The translations under genes and the position numbers were made by a program. Positions 20,314 to 30,370 of a DNA stretch of 64,000 nt are shown here, piece by piece (position 1 is the first letter of the stretch; each line of letters opens with the position of its first letter). A model generated the notes under the pieces. The model was not told the origin of the DNA, did not search any database, and worked only from the letters and a program-made list of their open reading frames with translations. Source of the DNA: Candidatus Iainarchaeum sp. (GTDB lineage Archaea > Iainarchaeota > Iainarchaeia > Iainarchaeales > JAXPJC01); the NCBI GenBank assembly GCA_016187745.1, contig JACPJC010000003.1, positions 32,001 to 96,000 of the forward strand. The letters run 5' to 3'.

Positions 20314-21684
20314 TCAATTCCCCTGCAGCAATCCGAGGGCATCCGCAATATTGTTTTTCAGCTCCGCGAAACTCCTTATGCCTAAAATGCGCCCCGCGAT
20401 GTAGCTAGGGCGCAGGTAGAATTCCCTCACTGCGCGCTTTCTGAGCTCCGCAAGCCTTTCTGCTGGAATCTGCTTTGTTGAAATTTCCACAAAGCTCCCT
20501 GTTTGGTCAAGGGGAAGCAATTCATCGGCAATAAGATGCCCCGCAATCTCCTCTTTTCTCAATTGCGTTGCGGCCCTTGGCACAGGCACATTGAATGCTG
20601 CATAATCCGGGTTAAGGCGCTTTGAGAATTCAATTGTGCTGAGAACTGATTGCTCAGTTTCCTCGGGGAAGCCGAGCATGAAGGTTGCAAGCGTTTTTAT
20701 TCCCAGTTTCCTGCAGAGCGCGAATGTTTCTTCTACCTGTGCAATTGTAAATCCCTTATCGTATTTGCGCAGGATTTCCTCGTTTGAGGATTCCACCCCG
20801 AACATAATCGTGTGGCAGCCTGCATTTTTCATAAGGGTAAGGATTTCTTCATCCATCAGGTCCACGCGGGAGAAGCAGGACCATTTCATTTGCAAGTCAT
20901 TTGAAAGCATTGCATTGCACAAATCAATTGTTCTCTTCCTGTTTACGCCGAATGTCTGGTCATCAAAGTAAATCTCATTAATTCCGAGGCTTTTGATGTA
21001 TTTTAATTCTGCCATTACATTTTCTGCGCTTCTGAACTTGAAGCCAAGGCTGGACATAATGCAGAATCTGCAGCGGAAGGGGCAGCCATAATCCGTAAGC
21101 ACTGTTGCAAATTTCCCATAAGCAAAAGGGAATCGGTATTTGTGCAATGGGAACAGCTCGTGCTTGGGAATTGGAATTGCAAAGTTGGCGAGTTTTATGC
21201 GCGACGCATTTGTTTTTATTATCCTGCTGCCTGTGCGGTAAATTATGTTCTGCGCATTCTTGCCTTCCAAATATGCAAGTATATCGGGGGTTGTGAAATC
21301 AAGCAGAACTGCATCAATGAATTTGTATTTTTCAATTATTTTCTCCCCGTTCTCCATGAAAATGTCAGCGCTTCCAATGAGCCTTGCGTTTGTGAGCTGC
21401 TTCACTTTTTCCATAAACGGGAAATCCTCCTGGAAGGAAACCGCCCCGCTCAGGAAAACAATCGCATCAGGCCTGAACTGAAGGATGCGCGCAATGCACT
21501 GCTCTTCAGAAAGCTTTTCAGCAATCGCATCAATAACTGCAACCCTGTGCTTTTCCGAAAGAATTCCTGAAAGTATCAGAAGGTCTGGAGGTTCGTAAAT
21601 GTAATTGGTTTTCGAGACCTTGCTGCAGTAGTAGTCCCTTATGTAAATTTTTGTTCCGGGCGGATTCAATAAAAGTATGCGCAT
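20314..21684 (-). CDS. Cobalamin-binding radical SAM protein
   Basis: GCPFRCRFC, FDDQTF, GVESS. Confidence 0.88.
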   Translation of the reverse strand: MRILLLNPPGTKIYIRDYYCSKVSKTNYIYEPPDLLILSGILSEKHRVAVIDAIAEKLSEEQCIARILQFRPDAIVFLSGAVSFQEDFPFMEKVKQLTNARLIGSADIFMENGEKIIEKYKFIDAVLLDFTTPDILAYLEGKNAQNIIYRTGSRIIKTNASRIKLANFAIPIPKHELFPLHKYRFPFAYGKFATVLTDYGCPFRCRFCIMSSLGFKFRSAENVMAELKYIKSLGINEIYFDDQTFGVNRKRTIDLCNAMLSNDLQMKWSCFSRVDLMDEEILTLMKNAGCHTIMFGVESSNEEILRKYDKGFTIAQVEETFALCRKLGIKTLATFMLGFPEETEQSVLSTIEFSKRLNPDYAAFNVPVPRAATQLRKEEIAGHLIADELLPLDQTGSFVEISTKQIPAERLAELRKRAVREFYLRPSYIAGRILGIRSFAELKNNIADALGLLQGN

Positions 21685-21685
21685 T

Positions 21686-23185
21686 TTACTCCCATCCGAA
21701 ATATGTTCTGGTTATGAAGTTCATAAGCTTTGTGTCAATCTTGTTGGAGAAATCGTGATTTTCCCAGCGCTTCCTGTAATGCGAGCCGAATTTTTTGAGA
21801 AGCGAGCGCGGCATGTGCAATGAGCTCAGCATCCCTTCCAGGCGCTTCCCATCTACGAGCTTGCTTGTATACATAATATTCTTTATCACATCAAGCTTGT
21901 CCTGTATCCACGGGGTCTGGAGATGCTGCCTGCTGTAAATTGCCCAGCCTTCAAGAGTATTGGGCACAGAAAAGCCATTTGCAACCGCAAAATCAAAAAG
22001 CTCTGTTCCGGGATATGGGGCAAAAACATAGAAGCCAGAGAGCTCCGCATTCGGATTTTCCCTAATAAGCTTAAGCGCAAGGTCAGTGCTTTCCGCCAGC
22101 TCATGATTTGTTTCCGTGGGAAAGCCCATCATGAAATTGTATACTGAAACAATGTTTGTTTTTGCCAGTTTTTTATTCACTTTCAGGATTTCGGAAACGC
22201 TCTCGTCCTTCTTTATCAGCTGCAGAATTCTCTCAGAGCCGGATTCAATCCCCGGCTGCACAACGCTGAGGCCATAGCGCTCCATTTTCTGCAGGTCAAC
22301 CCTTCCAAGCGCATCCATGCGCGCCTGTATGCTGAAATTGAATTTGTTGTTTATCAGTTCCGCGATTTTTTCCGCCCTTGTGGGATTTGCAAAGAAATTC
22401 TCATCATGGAAAATTACGGCATCCAAATCAAATTGCTCCACCATTTCATTTACAAGGGCATAAGAGCGCTCTGCGCTCATGCAGCGCCATCTCCTCAGCG
22501 AAAGGCGCGGGTTGCAGCAGAATGTGCAGCGGTAGGGGCAGCCGCGGCTTGTAATGAAGGGGAGCGCCTTTTCAGTTCCCTTCCCCACCATGGACTTTGT
22601 GTGGATGTAATTCTCAATGTCAACCAGATCATAGGGGAGCGCGGGAAGCTTGTCAAGGTCCGCAAATCCTGCGGATTTTGTTCTTACCTGCCTTTCTTCT
22701 TTCCCTTTTTTCTGCTTGAAAATTATGTTATTTGTCTTTTTCAGCAGTTCATTTTTTCTTTTTTCATTCGGCTTTTCTAATGCGCCCATCAAATCCTTAA
22801 TTATGATTTCCCCTTCGCCGATTGCAACAACATCAATCAGCTCATTCTGCAGCGTCTGCTCTGGAAGAAGAGTTGCATGGATTCCGCCCCACACTGTCGG
22901 AACTTGCGCATCCGCATTTTTCACAACCCTGCAGGCATCCAGCCCGAATTTTATCTGCGTTCCTGTCATTGAGGAAATTCCAACCGCAACAGGCTCTTTC
23001 CGAAGCTCCTGCCTCAAATGCTTTTCCCATTCGGAATCAACCCTCATGTCAATTATTTTAGTTTCCCTTTTCCCAGAAACCATTGAAGCGACTGAAAGGG
23101 AAGCGAGTGGCATATCCACGCTCACATTCTTTATGTCGTATCCCGTCCTCGGATAAACCATTACCAATTCCGCCATATAAGACAC
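21686..23185 (-). CDS. Cobalamin-binding radical SAM protein
   Basis: WGGIHAT, GEGE, TSRGCPYRCTFC, GIESGS. Confidence 0.9.
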   Translation of the reverse strand: MSYMAELVMVYPRTGYDIKNVSVDMPLASLSVASMVSGKRETKIIDMRVDSEWEKHLRQELRKEPVAVGISSMTGTQIKFGLDACRVVKNADAQVPTVWGGIHATLLPEQTLQNELIDVVAIGEGEIIIKDLMGALEKPNEKRKNELLKKTNNIIFKQKKGKEERQVRTKSAGFADLDKLPALPYDLVDIENYIHTKSMVGKGTEKALPFITSRGCPYRCTFCCNPRLSLRRWRCMSAERSYALVNEMVEQFDLDAVIFHDENFFANPTRAEKIAELINNKFNFSIQARMDALGRVDLQKMERYGLSVVQPGIESGSERILQLIKKDESVSEILKVNKKLAKTNIVSVYNFMMGFPTETNHELAESTDLALKLIRENPNAELSGFYVFAPYPGTELFDFAVANGFSVPNTLEGWAIYSRQHLQTPWIQDKLDVIKNIMYTSKLVDGKRLEGMLSSLHMPRSLLKKFGSHYRKRWENHDFSNKIDTKLMNFITRTYFGWE

Positions 23186-23213
23186 CTACGGTTTCTTATT
23201 AATTTCCCATCCC

Positions 23214-24645
23214 TTATGAAGTGAATCCCAGCAAAAACCTCGCGCCCTTCGCATAGCGCATCAGGTCCCTGAAGGATTTTATTTTTGCAAATCTCCCAAG
23301 GACATATGCCGGGCGCAGATAAAACTCCCTGAAGAATTTCTTTTCAAGCGCAAGAATTTCCTCCTTGTTTTTATATCCTTTCGGAATGAAAACCGCATCC
23401 CAGCCATGGAACTTGTCAAAATCCTTTGTGAGCTTCCCGTATTTTTTCGCATCATTGTAGAGGGCGGTTCCAGGATATGGAGTAGTGATGCAGAACTGCA
23501 CATAATCAGGGTTCAGTTCCTTTGCAAACTCAAGCGTCTGCTCCGCAAGTTCGGGAGTTTCCCCCGGAAGCGCAATCATGAATGAGGCGCGGATTTCAAT
23601 TCCCGCCTCTTTTGTCCATTTTGAGGCATTCCTTATCTGCTGCAAGGTAATGCGCTTTCCTATGTTGTCAAGCAGCTGCTGGTTGCCGGATTCAAATCCA
23701 TAGAAAATATTCCAGCAGCCCGCGCGCTTCATTAATTTCAGCAGTGGCAGATCAACAGTATCAACCCTTGCGTAGCATGTCCAGGTTATGTCAATCTTGT
23801 TTTCAATCAGCAGACTGCAGAATTTTTCCATCCATTTCCTGTTGGCAGTGAGCATGTCATCCCAGAAGGAGATTTCCTTCGCGCCATATTTCTCCTGCAG
23901 ATGCCTTATTTCTTCCAGCACCTTCTCCGGGCTTCTCGCCCTGATAGCACGGCCAAAAACAGCATTGTTGCTGCAGAATGTGCAGTTGTATGGGCATCCG
24001 CGAATTGCAAGCATATGCACCACCGGAAGCCTCAAATACTGGTTGGGGAGGGGGATATACTTGCGCATCGGAAGGAGGTGCCTTGCCGGGAACGGAAGCT
24101 CATCAAGGTTCTGCACGGGTTCCTGCGGGGCATTCATAATTATCTTTTTGCCATTCCTGAAAACAATTCCCCTTATTTTTGCAAGCGTTCTGTAATCCTT
24201 GAGGAATTTTTCTGTGCTGTAATGCGCCTCCCTGAATTTCTGCATTATTTCCGCAAAAGTGATTTCACCCTCCCCGTAAACAAGGATGTCAAAGCACCTG
24301 TGCCTGCGCATTATTTCCTCAGGCATTATTTATTATGAGCTTTTCGGGAAATTTCTTTTTCAGTTTCTCCGCGGTTATTGCAGCGCGGTGAAACATGCTT
24401 GTAAGCGCGGAAAATCCAATTGCCTTCGGGTTGTCCTGCGTGATTTTCTCAATTATTTCCTTATCGGTAAGCTCGTCCGCAAGCGCGTCAATTATGTCCA
24501 CTTTGTACTTCTTCCCAATCAGATATGCGGCAAGGCTTGCAAGCCCCAGCGGGGGCAAATGCCCCTCGTGCCCCCTGCCGATATTGCGCGAGCCATAGCG
24601 CTCTGAAACGGAAAGCGGGGGGAATATGAATTCTACATCCAGCAT
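23214..24645 (-). pseudogene. Frameshifted cobalamin-binding radical SAM gene (ORFs 24319-24645 and 23214-24326)
   Basis: N-part has PPLGLASLAAY and ends PEKLII; C-part starts MPEEI with GEGE and GCPYNCTFC; the GGxH motif that should join them is missing. Confidence 0.8.
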
Positions 24646-24695
24646 TATAGGAATATATTGCGGGAATGTTTTAATATCTGCTGTGTGCGCTTTCT

Positions 24696-24711
24696 TTCTA
24701 AGTTTGTACTA
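24696..24711 (-). promoter_or_regulatory. Copy 3 (degenerate) of 16-bp motif
   Basis: TAGTACAAACTTAGAA, 19 nt upstream of TATTAAAA. Confidence 0.4.
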
Positions 24712-24785
24712 TTTATATCTTCTATATTACCCTCACAAATATATCTATATATCCTTTTGATAACTAGTTAATAGGTGATTTGAAA

Positions 24786-24965
24786 ATGAGCGAGGATTTG
24801 GTAAAGGCAGTGAGTGAAATTGAAGATTGGTTAGCTACAAGAAAAATGGAAAAAATAAGTGGGGAAATAAAATTGGGAAAGAGAAGGTTATTCACAGAGC
24901 AGCAGATTATGAGGAAGTATAACCTATCAGGAAGCCCAGTACAAAAAACAATAAGTATTATTTAA
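24786..24965 (+). CDS. Small antitoxin-like hypothetical protein
   Basis: AGGTGA SD then MSEDLVKAVSEIEDWLATRKMEKISGEIKLGK; AT-rich insert. Confidence 0.45.
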   Translation: MSEDLVKAVSEIEDWLATRKMEKISGEIKLGKRRLFTEQQIMRKYNLSGSPVQKTISII

Positions 24966-24990
24966 TATGATTTTGCTCTATTGATGAATT

Positions 24991-26001
24991 ATGCCTGCGC
25001 AAAAACAAAACTTTCCTTTCATTTCAATAATTGTGCCCTTCAAGAAGGACTACCCATGGGTGCGCGAGTGCGTGGAATACTGCAAGGCGCTTGATTATCC
25101 CAAAAACAAATATGAAATTATACTATTGCCAGATGTTCCTGTAAACAGGAAGGATTTCCCTGATTGCAAAATAATCGTAACAGGGGTTGTGAACCACTCC
25201 GCAAAGCGCAATGCGGGAATGCGCGCTTCTCGTGCAGAACTTTTTGCATTCATTGATTCGGATGCCTATCCTGAGAAAGGCTGGCTGAAAAATGCCGCAA
25301 AATATGCTGATGATGAGGGCATTGGCGCATTTGGCGGACCCAATTTAACGCCGCATAATGCAAATTTGATGGAAACAATAAGCGGATATGTGCTTGCAAA
25401 TACTATTGCCGCGGGAAATATTGCTGTGCGCTACAGGATTGACAAAATTCAGGAAGCTCCGATGGTGCCGAGCTGCAACATGTTCATAAGCAGGAGTTCC
25501 GCGGAAAAGCTGAAAAGGGAAAAGGGGCATTTGTGGGATGAGAAGGCGCTTGCATATGAGGACCAGAAAATCTGCTATGAGCTGCGCGACCTCGGAAAGC
25601 GCATCATGTATGTAAGCGATGCTATTGTTTATCATCACAGGCGCGAAATGTTTTTGCCGCACATGGAGCAGATGTGGAATTACGCAAGGGATGAGGCCTC
25701 ACTCATGAAAGAGCGCATGAAATTTGACAGGATTATAGTAATGATGCCGAGCCTGTTTGTTTTGTGGCTTGCATTTGGATGGATTGTTCCAATTATTAAT
25801 GTACTTTATCTTCCGACGATTCTGCTCTATTTCATTGCAATTGCGGCATCAGGCATTACCCAGGATGCGGGACTGAGCCCGCTGATATTTGTGGGAATTT
25901 TCCTTACTCATATTGCATATGGGCTGGGATTCCTGCGCGGGCTGCTGCTTCCGAAAGTGGAGTTCAGCGCGGAATTCAAGAGAATTACTTACAACAAATA
26001 A
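24991..26001 (+). CDS. GT2 glycosyltransferase with C-terminal TM helices
   Basis: ISIIVP, KRNAG, FIDSDA, GGP, ED, VYHHRR. Confidence 0.9.
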   Translation: MPAQKQNFPFISIIVPFKKDYPWVRECVEYCKALDYPKNKYEIILLPDVPVNRKDFPDCKIIVTGVVNHSAKRNAGMRASRAELFAFIDSDAYPEKGWLKNAAKYADDEGIGAFGGPNLTPHNANLMETISGYVLANTIAAGNIAVRYRIDKIQEAPMVPSCNMFISRSSAEKLKREKGHLWDEKALAYEDQKICYELRDLGKRIMYVSDAIVYHHRREMFLPHMEQMWNYARDEASLMKERMKFDRIIVMMPSLFVLWLAFGWIVPIINVLYLPTILLYFIAIAASGITQDAGLSPLIFVGIFLTHIAYGLGFLRGLLLPKVEFSAEFKRITYNK

Positions 26002-26068
26002 ATGCATATATTTAAGTAAGTTTCTAACCAATATTATAACTTATGTTATAACAACACAAGGTGCCCCA

Positions 26069-26353
26069 ATGACGGATTGGATTAAAAAAGCACTGGAAAA
26101 ATACAGCAGAAACACGGTATTTGTGCATTTCCATCCGCATGCAGACATTAAAGTTCCGACAAGAAATGTTGATGTCGACAAAATTGTCAGCACTGCAAGA
26201 AGAGGCAGGATATATGAAAGGAAGTCAACATATCCGAACAGAATCGCATTCAGCAATTTCTTCAAGGAAGGTTATACTTATGTTGTTATAGTAGAATTAT
26301 TTCCAGATTCATTTCAGGTGAAAACCGTATGGAAAATAAAGGGGAGGATTTGA
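26069..26353 (+). CDS. DUF4258-like putative RNase toxin
   Basis: F.PHA....R at the N-terminus and VKTVW at the C-terminus; start at ATG 26069 after AGGTG. Confidence 0.65.
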   Translation: MTDWIKKALEKYSRNTVFVHFHPHADIKVPTRNVDVDKIVSTARRGRIYERKSTYPNRIAFSNFFKEGYTYVVIVELFPDSFQVKTVWKIKGRI

Positions 26354-26354
26354 T

Positions 26355-26663
26355 ATGATAAAAGTAAAATGCAATTGCGGCGGCGAATTCAGAGAGCAGA
26401 CAGTCGAATTTGAGGGTTTTGATGTAAAGGGATTAAAATGCAGCAAGTGCGGGGAACTGACATTCACGCCAGAGCAATTCAGGAAGATTCTTGCACTGAA
26501 GGAATTGGCAAAAGAAGTCAATTCAACAAGGAAAGTGGTAAAAATAGGGAATTCTCTGGGCATAACACTGCCTAAAGCAATAAATGCTCTTGGATTGAAA
26601 GTTGGCAGCAAGATTGCATTAAGGCTCGAAGACAGAAAAAGGCTTCAGTTGGTTGTTGCTTAA
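26355..26663 (+). CDS. Zn-ribbon (YgiT/MqsA-like) plus AbrB/MazE domain antitoxin
   Basis: CNCGG...CSKCGE and RKVVKIGNSLGITLPK. Confidence 0.8.
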   Translation: MIKVKCNCGGEFREQTVEFEGFDVKGLKCSKCGELTFTPEQFRKILALKELAKEVNSTRKVVKIGNSLGITLPKAINALGLKVGSKIALRLEDRKRLQLVVA

Positions 26664-26748
26664 TAGGATTCAGCGCCGAATTCAGGAGAATTACCTACAA
26701 CAAATAGAATAATAAATGCAAGAGCACTAAATTCATTGTGAGAAGCCG

Positions 26749-27477
26749 ATGAATCCTAAATTACATAAATTGTTCAAGAAGAAAATGCCAAAGCCAAATG
26801 CATTTGCAAGAAAATACGCGATAACCCTTTCAGACCTTGAGCAAACGAAGGTAACGACACCTTTGGCTGCTGGCATTATAACCGGTGCTATTGCTAAAGA
26901 GGTTATTAGTCAATATGGAATTCCCCCTGTTGTTGGTATGCCTGTTGTTCTTTACAACATATATTCGGCAGGATCTCTTGCAAGCCTTGCAGTGAACAAA
27001 GCACTCAGATATAGAATTGCAAACTGCATAGGCAGACCAAGGTTTGCACGTAAGCTGATCTCTGAGCTTAAAAAGCAAGGAATGGAAAGAAATGCACTAG
27101 ACCCAAAACGTCTAAATGTATTAGGATGGCTAGAGAACATATCTTATATTAAGGGTGCATCGCATAGGGAAATCAAACAACTAAGAAATGAATTTATAAA
27201 AGGCAATTTTGGTTCTGTAAGGTCTGCACTTAAAGAAATTTCATCATTTCAATATTTCAGAGAAAAAAATGGAAATCTTGCAGGGCTTATACTCAAGAGA
27301 ATTGAGGAAAAAAATGGAAAAGGTTTAGATGCCATCAAAATAACAAATTCTATTCTTAATGAATTCTTTGTTAGTAAAAAGTATGGTCACCAAATTAACA
27401 TAAGAAATAAGTTATATAGTATAAGAATCCACAACCTAGAAGGAGAATGGCATGTGGAACTAATTGAGTCGAAATAA
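26749..27477 (+). CDS. Basic orphan protein
   Basis: 242-aa ORF, AT-rich, K/R-rich; alternative start MPKPN at 26785. Confidence 0.6.
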   Translation: MNPKLHKLFKKKMPKPNAFARKYAITLSDLEQTKVTTPLAAGIITGAIAKEVISQYGIPPVVGMPVVLYNIYSAGSLASLAVNKALRYRIANCIGRPRFARKLISELKKQGMERNALDPKRLNVLGWLENISYIKGASHREIKQLRNEFIKGNFGSVRSALKEISSFQYFREKNGNLAGLILKRIEEKNGKGLDAIKITNSILNEFFVSKKYGHQINIRNKLYSIRIHNLEGEWHVELIESK

Positions 27478-27487
27478 ATATTGTTAC

Positions 27488-28963
27488 TTAAGCCTGCTCT
27501 ATTTCCCGGTCTGTAAGCAAATCGCGCTTTTGCTCCGGATCTTCCTGCGCGCTTTCGCTCGGCTTGCTCCTTATCATTTCAAGCAGAGCTTGCAGGCCCT
27601 TGAAGGAAATGTAAATGTCCTGCGGGGAGCGCAGGCTTGCAATCCTGCTGAGTATGTAGCGCGGCCTTGAATAGAAGCGCTTGAAGGCATATGTGCGCAG
27701 ATATTCAATCTGCTCCTTTGTCATTGTATATGGAACAAAGGAAACATGGTGCATTGTTAATCTGTCAATATCCCCAATCAGCTTGCCGTATTTGCCTATA
27801 TTGTCATAGAGGTCTGTCCCGGGAAGGGGGGTAAGTGGGAAGAATTCCGCATAAAACGGATTCAATTTGCATGCGAATTCAATTGTTTGGAGCGCCTCCT
27901 CATAAGTTTCGCCGGGAATTCCGAGGATAAAGGTGCAGAAGCTTTTTAGGCCAAGGGAATGGGTCAATTTAAGCGCCTTTTCAACGCGCTCAAGCGTTGT
28001 GCCCTTCCTGAGAGTATTCAGGTTTTTCTGCACTCCGCTTTCTATCCCGAACTGCAGATACCAGCAGCCCGCGCGCTTCATTGCAAGCAGCATTTCCTTA
28101 TCTATTGAATCAACCCTTGCTGTTGCGCTCCATGTGATGTCGAAATTGCGTTTTTTGAATTCATTGCAGGTTTCTATTACATTTTTCTTGTCGTATGTGA
28201 AAAGCTCGGTCCAGAATTTCACTTCCTTAATTCCATATTTCTGTATGTAAAATTCAAGCTCATCCGCGACTTTTATGGGATTGCGCGTTCTGATGGTGCG
28301 CCCGGAGATTTTCGAGCAGAAGATGCAGTTCATTGGGCAGCCCCTTGACATTACCAGTTCGCCTGAAGGGAGCCTGCGGTAATGGCCAATGCTCGGCCTG
28401 TAGTTATGCAAATCTATCAAATCAAATGCCGGGTATGGAAGGGAATCCAAATCCTGGAGCAGGGGGCGCATTGGCGTTTTAACTATTCTTTTGCCATCCC
28501 TGAAAATTATTCCCTTTACATCGGCAAGGCTTTTGCGTTTCTCAAGCCTTTCAAGCAGCTCAACAATTGTCTGCTCCCCCTCCCCATAAACAACCGCATC
28601 CAATTCAGCGCAGTCCTGCAGGCTTTTTTCCATAAGCGCTGTTGGATGCGGCCCCCCGACTAAAATGAAAAGATTCGGATTTTGGGCTTTCGCCTGTTGT
28701 ATGAGCTCCTTTGCATGGAACCAGAGCATTGTTACAACTGAAATTCCGAGAAATTCCGGGTCATAGGACTTGATTTCGCGGAGCATCTGCGGAAGCGAGC
28801 AAACAGCGCCGTCAATCACTTTCACTTCATGGCCTGCCTCGCGAGCGCATGCCGCTAGATAGAGAATTCCTGTAGGCGCTGTAAGGCCTGCGACATTCTC
28901 CTGCAGCTCGGCCATGTGCGTATCCCTGAAACTCCACGGGGGAACAACAAAAAGCGCTCTCAT
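27488..28963 (-). CDS. Cobalamin-binding radical SAM protein
   Basis: GILYLAA, GGPHPT, GEGE, SRGCPMNCIFC, GIESG. Confidence 0.92.
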   Translation of the reverse strand: MRALFVVPPWSFRDTHMAELQENVAGLTAPTGILYLAACAREAGHEVKVIDGAVCSLPQMLREIKSYDPEFLGISVVTMLWFHAKELIQQAKAQNPNLFILVGGPHPTALMEKSLQDCAELDAVVYGEGEQTIVELLERLEKRKSLADVKGIIFRDGKRIVKTPMRPLLQDLDSLPYPAFDLIDLHNYRPSIGHYRRLPSGELVMSRGCPMNCIFCSKISGRTIRTRNPIKVADELEFYIQKYGIKEVKFWTELFTYDKKNVIETCNEFKKRNFDITWSATARVDSIDKEMLLAMKRAGCWYLQFGIESGVQKNLNTLRKGTTLERVEKALKLTHSLGLKSFCTFILGIPGETYEEALQTIEFACKLNPFYAEFFPLTPLPGTDLYDNIGKYGKLIGDIDRLTMHHVSFVPYTMTKEQIEYLRTYAFKRFYSRPRYILSRIASLRSPQDIYISFKGLQALLEMIRSKPSESAQEDPEQKRDLLTDREIEQA

Positions 28964-29002
28964 GAAAATAATATGTTCTGCACCTGAATTAAAAGCTATT
29001 TA

Positions 29003-29018
29003 TTTGAGGCTTGTACTA
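29003..29018 (-). promoter_or_regulatory. Copy 4 of 16-bp motif
   Basis: TAGTACAAGCCTCAAA; its TAG is the upstream gene stop; 8 nt before TTTTAATT. Confidence 0.55.
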
Positions 29019-29429
29019 TTTCTTCATTCCGGGAATCCAGAGGCCGGGCCTGCCCTTTATGAGGCATTCCGCAATGTCAGCATAGAAATGAAGCAGAATC
29101 CCGAGGGCAAAGGCGGCATTCCAGAGGTAAATGCCGAGCGCTGTAATCAATGCAACGAAATAAATGTTGTGGAAATAGGACTTGTTTGTTGTGTTTCTGT
29201 TGTCGTAATAGTATTTGTATGCCTCTATTATTTTCCACTGCCTGATGAGCCTGCGCGTATGGGCGTGCATGCTTGTTTTCTGGAAAAGAATGCAGGGCAC
29301 ATGGTCAAGCACATCAATGAAAATTGTAAGGAAAAGCGCCGCAACAAGGACAAGCTTTGGCATCGGGATGAATGAGGCAATTACCATATATGCCAGCGCG
29401 GTAACAACAAGATGGTTAAGGGAGTTCAT
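29016..29429 (-). CDS. Small membrane protein, metal-dependent hydrolase-like
   Basis: H..., D.LDH, FH, LH..D pattern in TM helices. Confidence 0.6.
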   Translation of the reverse strand: MNSLNHLVVTALAYMVIASFIPMPKLVLVAALFLTIFIDVLDHVPCILFQKTSMHAHTRRLIRQWKIIEAYKYYYDNRNTTNKSYFHNIYFVALITALGIYLWNAAFALGILLHFYADIAECLIKGRPGLWIPGMKK

Positions 29430-30370
29430 TTTTGTTCCCTGAAATATTCAATGGTTCTTTTCAGACCTTCTTCCAGCTCCACTTTAGGATGCCAGTTGAA
29501 AAGCTTTTTTGCGAGCGCTATGTCGGGCTTGCGCCTTTCGGGATCGTCCTTGGGAAGGGGCTTGAAAATTATCTCGGATTTTGAATTTGCAAGCTCTTTT
29601 ATTTTTTGCGCGAGCTCCAGGATTGTGAATTCGTTCGGATTGCCTATATTCACGGGGAGATTGTAGTTTGCCTGCATAAGCCTCCAGATGCCGTCAATCT
29701 CATCGGAAACATAGCAGAAGGAGCGGGTTTGCTGCCCGGAACCGTAAATTGTAATGGGCTTGTTGTGCAGGGCCTGGTTTATGAAGTTTGTTACAACTCT
29801 CCCGTCATCGGCGCGCATTTTCGGGCCGTAGGTATTGAAGATGCGCACAATCCTCGTATCCAGGGAGTATTTGCGGTAATAGGCCATTACGAGCGCTTCG
29901 GAAAATCTTTTGCTCTCGTCATAGCAGGACCTTGGGCCTATTGAATTCACATTGCCCCAGTAGCTCTCGTCCTGCGGGATTTTCAGTGCGCTCCCATAGA
30001 CCTCGGAAGTGCTTGCCTCAAAGAATCTCGCCTTATTTTTGAGCGCCAGGTCAAGCATGTTCTTTGTCCCAAGGGAATTTACTAGCAGAATCTCCTCCGA
30101 AAGCCTGTCAAAATCAACAGGGGAAGCGGGCGAAGCAAGATTGTAAATTTCATCAATTTTTGAATTTAATTTCAGCGGGGCAGTAATGTCGTGCTTTATG
30201 AATGTGAAGTTCCTGTTTTTGAGCAGGTGCTGAACATTCTGCTTTCTCCCTGTGATTAAATTGTCAACGCATATTACTTTGTTGCCTTTCGCAATCAGCA
30301 AATCGCACAAATTGCTGCCCAAAAAGCCGGCGCCGCCCGTTACTAAGATTGTTTTCTGCTCCCTAGCCAT
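29426..30370 (-). CDS. UDP-glucuronate decarboxylase (UDP-xylose synthase)
   Basis: [51 protein letters not shown]. Confidence 0.93.
   Translation of the reverse strand: MAREQKTILVTGGAGFLGSNLCDLLIAKGNKVICVDNLITGRKQNVQHLLKNRNFTFIKHDITAPLKLNSKIDEIYNLASPASPVDFDRLSEEILLVNSLGTKNMLDLALKNKARFFEASTSEVYGSALKIPQDESYWGNVNSIGPRSCYDESKRFSEALVMAYYRKYSLDTRIVRIFNTYGPKMRADDGRVVTNFINQALHNKPITIYGSGQQTRSFCYVSDEIDGIWRLMQANYNLPVNIGNPNEFTILELAQKIKELANSKSEIIFKPLPKDDPERRKPDIALAKKLFNWHPKVELEEGLKRTIEYFREQK

Larger units (their letters stand above)
25963..26706 (+). mobile_element. Two-gene cassette bounded by 38-bp imperfect direct repeats (25963-26000 and 26669-26706)
   Basis: TTCAGCGCGGAATTCAAGAGAATTACTTACAACAAATA vs TTCAGCGCCGAATTCAGGAGAATTACCTACAACAAATA (35/38); the repeat is the 3' end of the GT2 gene. 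Confidence 0.75.

Noticed and set aside
25889-26068. Extended N-terminus of the 154-aa ORF
   Set aside because: Overlaps the GT2 gene and the cassette promoter/operator; ATG 26069 with an SD is the better start.
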